From Monocercomonoides exilis PA203 (Eukaryota > Protista > Preaxostyla): DNA of 64,000 nucleotides. A model generated the notes under the pieces. It worked only from the letters and a program-made list of their open reading frames with translations, made no database searches and had not been told where the DNA came from. The stretch spans positions 930,001-994,000 of the forward strand of contig LSRY02000019.1 in the NCBI GenBank assembly GCA_001643675.2, written 5' to 3'. Shown piece after piece: positions 54,225-64,000 of the stretch; within the stretch, counting starts at the first letter, position 1; the number at the start of each line of letters is the position of its first letter. A program made the position numbers and the translations under genes.

Positions 54225-54830
54225 TTTTAAACATAAGAATTACAAAAATGCGGACCATTGTCGCAAGAAAAGTTAAAAGAATTAACATTAAAAAAAAATA
54301 TCAAATTGCAAAAGTTGTTTCAAACATTCACAAACAAAACGATAATCATAAGATAAAATTTCAGATAAAAAATTAAAACAACGTTTTTTCAGATTTCCGA
54401 AATTATCAACATAAAAAACAACAAAACACAAATGTGAAATTTGTTTCTTGTTTAAAAATGATTTTCCAGTTTCATTATAAAAAATTGATGAACACCAATT
54501 CTCTTTAAAATCCATTAAAATAAAAACTTCATTTTTTTTTAAATTTTCTTTCTTCTCATAAAAATAATTTCTTTGATGTTGGTCCATTTTTCGATGATGA
54601 ATTATTAAATTCAATTCATCATCTTCAGTTTGGCCCAATTTAAGTCCTTTTCTTTCTATTTCTTTCTTTTTCTTCTCCTAAAAATTCCCTCTCTCACAAA
54701 TCTCACACAAATTTGTCCTTTTCTTTGATTTTTTAAAATTTCTTGTTTTTTTGCAGAATGTTGAATAAGACATTTTTATATTAATTTCTTTTTTCAATTT
54801 AAAAAATAAGTCTTTTTTTGTCTTTTCTAT
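54225..54830 (-). pseudogene. Degenerate Sola-like transposase, paralog of 41054-42844
   Basis: MSYSTFCKKTR..RTNLCEICE, ILMDFKENW, FNFLSEILS and CDNGPHFCNS motifs; stops and frameshifts. Confidence 0.8.
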
Positions 54831-56265
54831 TTATCTTTTTTCATTTAAAGAAAAAACTCCAAAGCCTTTTTTTTTCTTTTCATATTTTTCAAATAACATA
54901 TATGGGTGATCTTTTTTGATATCATAAAAAAGATCAAATTCGAAAAAAGGAATAAAATTATGGTATTTTTGAAAAATTGATTTTTTCACTAAATTGAAAT
55001 TTATAATGATACAATTTGTCATTTATTTTTATTCCTTCTTGATTTCAGCCTTTTTATTTTTTGAATCAAAAATTTGATGAATAAGTGCATTTTTTTTTTT
55101 TGAAAATAATCAGTTTATTCATAATAATAATAACGTAAATGAAATTTCAAATTGATAACCTTGCAACCATGAGCATATTTCAAGAATGATAAACATTTAT
55201 GAAAATTGATTTGTTGGTTTGAGTCTTTTTTGTAATGGATTCTGTGATCATCAGATTTGAAAGAAAGGATTATTCCATTCACAGAATGAGACTACCGTGA
55301 ATGAGCATTATCTGTAGAACTAGAAATATTATTTCCTGTGTGTCAACAGACAATGGTGGAGATGCAATATTTTTGGAATTCTAAATCATAATTTTTGGTA
55401 ATTGGATGGCCAAGGGGAATACAACAATTTCATCAATAACACAAAAAGACATAATGTATGTATTTTATATTGTTCTATTGATTGCGAAGATATTTCCTTC
55501 TGTATCTTTTCCAAAGCGCAGAAATATGAGTTATTGTTGAAATGGCCAATCTCCGCTTTGTAGAGCAATACGACGCAAATGGAGCAGATTATTATATAGG
55601 CATTGGGAAATAAATGAAGTTACGGAAGATATACGATTTTTATAAATTTTTATTTGGTTCAAGAGGTGAAAACAAATTCAATTGTTATATTATAAAATGA
55701 AGATTTATGGATGGAATTCTGTGAAGGATAAAATCTGCACAAAATTATATAGCATTTGGGGGCATAATGCAGTGGAACAGTTTTTTGGAAAGGAAAGTGG
55801 CTGGCAATATCGAGGGAAGGATATTAATCACATAAAAGGAATGGAAATATTGCAAAACAATCCGAATGGAGATCAGGGACATCAATGGGAGTAAAACAGC
55901 TGTTGCTGCCGTTGGAAAGATGCATGTGCGTTTTGTGGAAAATGCGCAGAGAAGCAAGACTTTCCAAAAATTCGTGCTTAAATGAAAAAGAATAATTTGT
56001 GACAAAAGCATCAGTCTCGGCCTGTGTTCCTGCAAGAATGGCAAGATAAGTGAAGCATCCTGCAGCTGTTACCGTTCTTTAACCTTCACCGAGCTGCTAC
56101 AAGGGCGAGTGGAAAGCTTGGCGTTTTGTTGTCATGGGCAGCATTCAACAATTTGAGTTGGGAATTATCTTCTGCCCATCTCCATCAACGGTATTTCGAC
56201 TTCTGCAGGCAAAGTTCAGTATGTTTTGAGGCTCTGTTCGGCTGCTAATATAGGGTTGGGCTGTT

Positions 56266-57871
56266 TTGCTACAGTTGTTGCGGGCGATGGCAACAAAGCG
56301 ACTTTGTCATATCTGCCGCCAACTGCAACAGGTGGATCAGCTTTCTTCTTCTTTTTCTTCTTCGTCTTCTTCGTCTTCTTCGTCTTCTTCCTCTTCTTCT
56401 TCTTCTCTTAACAGCTCCACCAGCAAATCTCGTCCAATCATCAAACCTGCCTCTTCTCCTCCTTTCATTTCTCGCTCTTCCAATCAGCAAACATCTCCTT
56501 CTTTGGCTTCTCCTACTCTTTCTCCTCCTCTCTCTTCTATTTCTGCTCCTTCTTTCTCTTCTTTTCCTTCTTCATCTTTTCCCTCTTCCTCCTTTCCTTC
56601 TTCTTCTTCCTCTCCTTCTTCTTCCTTTTCTTCCATTCCAGTCATACCAAAATCAAAGACTTAGCCACCTGCTTTGGGAAAGATGCTGATTAGACATTCA
56701 TCTGCTCCTTGTTTAGTTCTTCGTTCGTCAAACTCCTCTTCCTCTTCCTCTTCTTCCTCCTCTTCTTCCTCTTCTTCCTCTTCTTCCTCTTCTTCCTTCT
56801 CTTCCTCCTCCTCCTCCTCCTCCTCCTCCTCCTCCTCCTCCTCATTCAAGTTCTATTCCTGTCTCCCCTCCTTCACTCTCCTCTGCACCCTGCCCAATGC
56901 CACAAACATGCTCCTTTCTCCTTCTGTGCACAAGAACATGTCCCCTCTCTTCGACATAGACCGCAGACCCACCCGATTCTTAACCAGACAGCAGAGAGAA
57001 GAGGCGAAGAAGAAGAGAAAGAGAGGAGAAAGAAAGAAAATGGCTCAAAAGGCGAAGGAGCTTCTTTGAAAGAAAAGAGAGACAAAAGGAAGACAAACCA
57101 AAAAAATCAAAAGAACAACAAGAAGAAAACAGAGCGAAGATATTTGAGTGAAGATTCTTCTTCAGCAAACAGCAATTTCTACAACGAAAGCAACGAAGAG
57201 AAAGGCGGAAGCGACAACGGCAAGAGGAGCAAAAACAGAGATTCCGATGAATATGCAGATGAATATGAGGAAGACTCATTCAGCGATGGAGAGGACTCTT
57301 CGTTGAACTGCTTCGGAGGAGATGTCTGCTCGTTGTGTGATGCAGACAAATTGAGAAGACTTTCTCTGAATGATCAAGTCTCAAAATCAATGCTGCCGTT
57401 TTTTGGATCATCTGGTTTGAAAAACGCTTCAGGATTTGCTTTTCCTGCTTCTTCTTTTTATTCTCCATCTTCTTCTTCGTTTGCTGCTTCTTCTCCAACT
57501 TCATCCAATATGTTTCCTTCTTCTTCTTCTTCTTTCTCGTTTCGCGTTTCATTTTTGCCTTCATCTTCGACTTCTCCTTCTTCAGCATAAAATAATCCAA
57601 TCTATCAACCAAATTACGTTTTGTCTTCTTCTCTTCCTCATTCTCTGCTTCTTTCCTCTTCTCATCAAGACACAACATCTTCTTTATCCAACACTTATGC
57701 TTCAAATCATTCACACAAACGCACAATTTCTATTGCTCCTCTCTTATCAACTTCATCTTCACCTTCTTCTTCCTCATCCTTCTCTTCTTCTTCTTCTGGA
57801 AATCAACTTAGTTCTTTTTCTTCATTCTCCCCCTCTTCATCTCACATTTCACCTTCAACGCATCAGAATAT

Positions 57872-57904
<33 letters not shown>

Positions 57905-58032
57905 TTCTTCTTCTTCTTCTCCTTCCCCTTCTTCTCCTTCTTCTCCTTCTTCTCCTTCTTCTTCTTCGTCTTCGTCATCTTCGCGATTATGTTAACTTAT
58001 TTTCATCGTCTTCATTTCTGTGCTCTTTTTGA
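56266..58032 (+). pseudogene. Ser-rich low-complexity hypothetical gene fragment
   Basis: Interrupted ORFs. SKSMLPFFGSS weakly resembles KYVPFLGSS at ~10390. Confidence 0.3.
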
Positions 58033-59257
58033 TTATTTCTGAATCGCTGTGACTGTTAAGAGCATTTGTGAGTTCGGCAAATGAGAGGGGAAAGATATCA
58101 TCAACTTTTATCCTCTGCTATTGCAGTCTCCTCTGCTTGAATATCATTTTTTACTAGAGAATGAAGCATTTTGCTCGATGCATCTATTGGTGTTTGCGCG
58201 CAGTGGATGCTGCTCATCAAAAGAGAGTTTGGATTTGTTTTGGAGGAGAAGAGGCAGACGAGGAAGATGAGGCATAGGAAGGAGTAGAAAAGCATAAATG
58301 GAGACTGTTTTGAAGAGAGATTGAGGAGAGAGAAGCAGAAACATGAACAAGAGAAGCTTTTTGGTGAAACTGCGGAAATAGTTAGGATTATTACTTTATC
58401 TGCTGGTATTTTCGGAGACTTCAGAAAGATTTGAGAGGAAAACGGAAGAGGGAGAAGGAGGGCATGCTGCAGAAGAGGAAGGGATGGATTGATTAAGGTG
58501 AAAAGAGAAAAGAGGGTTGCTAGATTGTAATGGGGAAAATGAGGGAATAACGGAAGACGCCGAAGAAGATTCTCGATTTGATGAGTTGAAAAAGATGCTG
58601 CAAAATTTATGCATATTTTGGATGTGTGCAATATTATTCTTTTTTTCTTTCATCTTTTCTTTCTTTCTTCGTTTTTTTTAATTTTTTGAAATCTCATCAT
58701 TTTATTTTTTCGGATTGCAATATATTTTCTTATTTTCATTGCATTATTCAGGTATTGTGATTATCGCTGGGATAATGCGAATGCAAGCACATGCATTGCA
58801 AAAAGATTGCAGAAGGAGACGAATAAAGGGTATATAGATGAATGAGCAAGAGGAAATAAACGAAATTGATAGAAGAGGAGGGAATTAATGATCTTTGCAG
58901 CGATTTGAAAAGAAGGAGATGTGATAAAAGAAAAATCAGAAAATTGAAGAAATGGTTGAAGAAGATATTTGATATGAATTTGAGGAGAAAAAGAGGAAGA
59001 GGCGAAAGGTGAATCAGAAGATTTCAAAAAGAAAATGGTACAGAGGTTTTCATATTTCATATTATATTTTTTATGTTTTAAATACATATATATTTTATTT
59101 ATTTATTTTTTTTTTTTGTATTTTTGTATTTTTATTTTTGTATTGTTGAATATCTTTCAAAAATAATAATAGGGGCTTTTGCGCGAACATTCAAAAGCAA
59201 TGAAAGAAAATGGATTTTTGAAAACAAGCAGAAGATTACAACAGAAGAAAAAGGGAT

Positions 59258-61100
59258 ATGGGGAAAGCAGACGATGAAGAAGGTGCAAAATGCAGGAAAA
59301 GGGATACGACCACATTAGGATATATAGTTTTATTGCAACAAGAGCAACGAGAAGAGAAGGAGGCAAAGAAGGAAGTGTTTCGATATGCGAATCTCTTATC
59401 TCATCTTCAGCCGCATTCCTCTCATCACCCTCAATGCCACTTGTATCTCTCTCTCCTGACATTTTTCAACATCTCAACAGCAAATGATGCATGTTCATCT
59501 ACAGCAACTATGTCAACCCAAACCACATGTTTTATGAGTAGCTGCTCATTCTCATCGGTCTATGATGCATATGATGGCGGAATTGTTCCCTCTCTGAACA
59601 ATCCCTTGGCCTCCTTGTCTGCCTCAAACACCTCATTTATTGGGTGTTGTCGGACAAGGAATGTTGTATGCAAAGGAACTACAGAGGCGCCATTGAAGCC
59701 AGACAGACAGAACGAAACATTCAATGGAGCTAATTCATTTATTTTGTGTGAGTGGAGTGGATCGAGGACAACAGGAGAAAGCGACTCGTATACCGATGGA
59801 ATATCGAGCGGAGGGGCAATCTGCATGTACAGCCAGTCGTCGGCCGCTGTTTCAGTTTCGCATTGTGCATTCAATGAATGTGTCGCGCATTGGTGCGGTG
59901 GAGGTATTAGTTGCTATAGCATTAATTCTGTGGATATCGAAAATAACACATTCAATGCATGCACTGCTCAAACATGGATTGGAGGAGAAATGTGCATATA
60001 TGTAATTTCATCGTGTGTTCGGATCAGCGGATGTGAATTCCAGACTTTCAAAGCAAGAAGTGGTGGAGGAAGACTTTATCTTGATAATTTTAATGTTTCA
60101 GGAATAGGATGCATTCCAACAGAAAATGGAGAAGGGGAGAGTGCTTGTATGTTTGACTGCGGTTTCACTTCATGTTCGGTTACAAATTCATATGGTGGGG
60201 GTATTAGTTTATATAATGTACCAGTCCAATTCAAAATGAGGAGCATTCAGTTTATTTCATGTTCAGCGGCATCACATGGAGGAGGTTTGAGATTGCATCC
60301 AAACAGACCAACAGCATCAAAAGATAGAGTTTATTGTTATTTCCTCTTCTTCCACGGATGCAAATGCTCAGCCAATCCCCTACTTGGCCACGATATGGTA
60401 TATCTGGATTATTATAATATCATTTTGAATTCAGACAATCCGTTCTATGAATGCTACACCACAAACACAGACGAGAAGAGAGTGTGTTATGGACATGATT
60501 ATTCGAGTTCAACGGGTTGGACATTTCAGCACACAGAAAAGAAGGATTGGCTGAAGAGAGGGATTCTCAATCGATTTGTGGCTGTGAGCGGAGGAAACGC
60601 AGAAGAGTTTTGTGGGGCGAATGAATCATATGCATGCAGAACCATTGGTGTTGCAGTTGAAAAGAGCGTTATCCAGGTGAGCCTGTCAGTCACGCTGATG
60701 GAAGGGAATCACACAAGCGAGACAGAAACAATTGATATTGGGGAAAAGAAGATTTCAGTCATTGGGAAAGACAAAGAGAAATGTTCGATTGGAACAGGAA
60801 CACTTTCAACAGCAGAAGCGCTGTTCAGTGTGACGACAGGTCATCTTGGAATGAGTCATTTGAGAGTTGATTGTAACTCTAGAGCAGAAACTTCACCGAG
60901 TGTGGTTGTGGTGTCTGATGGGAGTGGGTTACTCTCATTGGAGGATGTTGTGATCGCCGCGAATATTTCTTCAGGAAACGAGATGTAGCGTCAGCGTTAA
61001 TAGTTCCGCTATCGCAACTGTTGATGGTTGGTGTGGAGATCATAAATATGAATGTCTCAAAACCATTGTTCTCTGAGCCAGTTCTATCTATCTTCTTCTT
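59258..61100 (+). pseudogene. Beta-helix surface protein (GGAI repeats), truncated
   Basis: 576-aa ORF with YDGGIVPSLNN, GGAICM, GGGISC and CGANESYACRTI. Degenerates after 60988; true start uncertain. Confidence 0.75.
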
Positions 61101-61544
61101 CTTTTTCACCTTCTCAAAAGACAAAGATCCATTCCAAATCATCAGCAGAAAGAAAGCAGAGCTTGAAGCAACTGTGGATGTTGCTTCGGCAGACATCCAG
61201 TCTCTTTATCATACCTGCCTTTTCAACTAATAAAACAGAACTTTCGATTTACCATTTAGAGCAAGAGTGCGCAAGAGTGGATCTTTTGGAGGAGAAGAGA
61301 GAAGAGGAGATTGTTTCATAAGAAGAAGAAGAAGAGGAGGAGGAGGAGGAGGAGTGGAAAAAGGAGGCCAAAGCTGACAAGAAAGTGATTGAGCCCTCCT
61401 TGGAGAATGAATTATTTGTGTCTGCAGGAATAGTGTTGATCAAACAGAAGATGAAGTTAAGTGAAGCAGAAGATGAGCAGGCAAATGAACGCAACGAAAA
61501 GACAGTCACCGTTAAAGATGGCATTGAACGAAGGAGAAAAGACG

Positions 61545-61768
61545 AAGAAGAAGAAGAAGAGGAAGAGGAAGAGGAAGAGGAAGAGGAAGAGGAAGAGGAA
61601 GAGGAAGAGGAAGAGGAAGAGGAAGAGGAAGAGGAAGAGGAAGAGGAAGAGGAAGAGGAAGAGGAAGAGGAAGAGGAAGAGGAAGAGGAAGAGGAAGAGG
61701 AAGAGGAAGAGGAAGAGGAAGAGGAAGAGGAAGAGGAAGAGGAAGAGGAAGAGGAAGAGGAAGAGGAA
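61545..61768. repeat. (GAGGAA)n microsatellite
   Basis: Perfect hexamer array of about 35 copies. Confidence 0.97.
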
Positions 61769-63087
61769 AAAAGCGAAAATTAGAAGTCAAGGAAGAAGAA
61801 TATGATAATAACAATGAATCATATCCATTGCTGTTACATTTTGAATGCAACAAAAGAGGTAACATTTTCTGAGGATCTGAAGAAGCTTCCTTTTCTCAAT
61901 TAAGTGGAAGCAAAAACCGAAGATAAGAAACATACGATCTTCTTCTCTTCGTCTCCAACATCAATTGAAATGAGGGGAACATTAGCAGTAGAATCAAAAT
62001 AAAAGTAATCATTTCTTTTTTCATCATCAAAAAAGATTGAGGATGGAAAAAGGAACGAAAGTGACAATGATGAAGTGGATGAAGAAACATTTGTGAATTG
62101 TCCAGCACGAGGATGCATGACTCAGATGATAGTTTTTCTGTTTGCACAAGTTGTGGACGCTTTTTGTGATGAAAGAAGCTATGTGAATTCTTTTGAACAA
62201 CGATAATCCTGAAGACAGCTGAAGACTGTGCTCTTCATGTGGCAAAAATGGATGCTGCTCCCAAAATCACTTTGTCAGTTAGACCTTATGCTTGCAATTT
62301 TCATATCCCTGATTTCACACGACAGCTCACATAGCCGTTTGCAGATCTAGTGATGCGTGATAGTCAGACAGTCCAAGAACATACCTTCGAATAACTTCCG
62401 GTTAATTCCAAAAAGAAAATGGAGAAAAATGCTTTTGCGTTGAAATTTCTTTCTGCAGACGCTATAGGCGTTTATATTTCAAGAGAGGTGAACAAATACT
62501 CACGAAGCATTCGACTCGTATTCCTTTTCCTGGTTCCGTTCGAAACAGATCGTCGAAAATTCCTCTTTTCAATAATCGCATTCTTCTTTCTTCAAGCAGT
62601 GCATATATTTTTTTTTTTTTTGAAATGTCACAGTTTCATGTATTTCACTCAAAATTGTCTCATCCTCTTATTCTCCTATTTTTCATTAACCTTTTTTGAA
62701 AAGAGTGTTTTCAAAAAGTGATTCAAGAGAATGAACTTCTTTTATCCACTGTTCCCGTGGAGTGTTGTGTGAAATCATCCTTTCATATCAAAAACAACTA
62801 CCAATTTCTTCTCCAGCTGCTGATTTCATTAATCCTTCTGAAAGAACAAATATTCATTTACGTTCATTGTTATTGAATAACAATGATTCCGTATTGATCT
62901 GTAATTGTCTAAATCAAAAAAATGCATTTCGATTGAACTGCTTCCTCAGTTGGATGCGAAAATCATATTTCGTAAAATTTTCAAAGCAGAATTTGTTTTA
63001 ATTAATTTAAAGAGGATATTTATTCATTTTCTTTTTGCTTTTCTTCAAGAAAAAAATCTTTTATCCCATAAGAAGGTCGCAATCATA

Positions 63088-64000
63088 ATGAATGTTTCAA
63101 CATCAAATCTTCAACGATCAACTCTTTATTCAAGAGCAGATGTTTTGTGGGAAGAGGTTGAGCGCATTGGGGGAAAGGACAAGGTGGAACTGTTGCTGTA
63201 TATCCTCACAAGGAACCGCCGCGCAGCATCCTTTGCGGAAGAAGTGAAAAAGAGGATAAATGGTGTGGTTCTTTATTTTTTTGATTTCAAAGTTATGCGA
63301 AAATTCATTTATATGCACTTTTATATTGATTTGTTTTTATTTTTATTAAATGCAAACGTGAAAATAGGAGAGTTTCATGAACTTCTTGAAGAGCTAGCAA
63401 CAGCCTACAATAACGCCCCAGTTCACACTCAAACGACAATGAAGCAAGCTTTATCAAAACATCACAATTGCGATCGTTTGCTTTCCTTTGGGTATGACGT
63501 GACACAAGGAAAAATAAATCATGCAAAGCAAACGAGAAAAAAAAACCGAGACGAAATAAAAATCCCCATTCCTCCAAAAATTCCTTCACGTAGAAAAGGT
63601 ATTTGGTTTTCATTCATTTCATTTCTATGATTGTGTCTGATTTTCATTTTCTAAAGGCTTGAATTATTCAGATTGGTGCGTGGGGAATGAATGGATGAAA
63701 AACCATTCATCAGAAATTTCATCATCAATTACGAAAAAGAAAAAGCAAAAATATGAAAAATATGAAGAGAGCTTGGACGAAGAAATTTGGAATAAAGAAA
63801 TCAAGATAAAGCCTGAATTCGATTTGAAACCCAAATTACATATTAACATTACGAAATCGGAAATAGATCATCATGTCGCTCACATTAAAGATGATAAACT
63901 GCATCAGCATGTTAACTCATTGACTGATCAGTCAAAAAATGTCAACAGAAAATCCTCAACATCCAGCAATTTATCAGTCAAGAACCAAAGTTTTGATGAC
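63088..64000 (+). CDS. 5' exons of another member of the Sola-like (USP-)transposase family; runs off the window end
   Basis: LATAYNNAPVHTQTT..FGYDVTQGKINHAKQ matches LASAYNTEDNAHTKVT..FGFHCTQGNYNYSKQ at ~44300-44440. Similar intron positions (after NG and after R.K). Confidence 0.7.

Overview
Eukaryotic, AT-rich, intron-containing DNA with many GAA/GAG microsatellites. The large Cys/Gly-rich beta-helix surface-protein family and the poly-Glu/poly-Ser style suggest an oxymonad such as Monocercomonoides (inference, not verified). Main contents: (1) a CAND1/TIP120-like gene inflated by low-complexity insertions (<1-7596, minus); (2) a ~5 kb segment bounded by inverted repeats and two MITEs; (3) two intronless genes built from a 30-aa 'WI..VKTDPPEWMRH' repeat, one carrying a near-perfect 360-bp higher-order array; (4) a Merlin (IS1595-like) transposase and an IS630/Tc1 pseudogene; (5) three members of a Sola-like transposase family, one fused to a USP deubiquitinase domain; (6) many decayed beta-helix surface-protein genes. 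The most notable unexplained signal is a ~107-nt structured motif present twice (22236-22341 and 40515-40622). Its linkers are conserved, its stems co-vary, and G-U pairs favour the minus strand. One copy lies just downstream of the USP-transposase gene.
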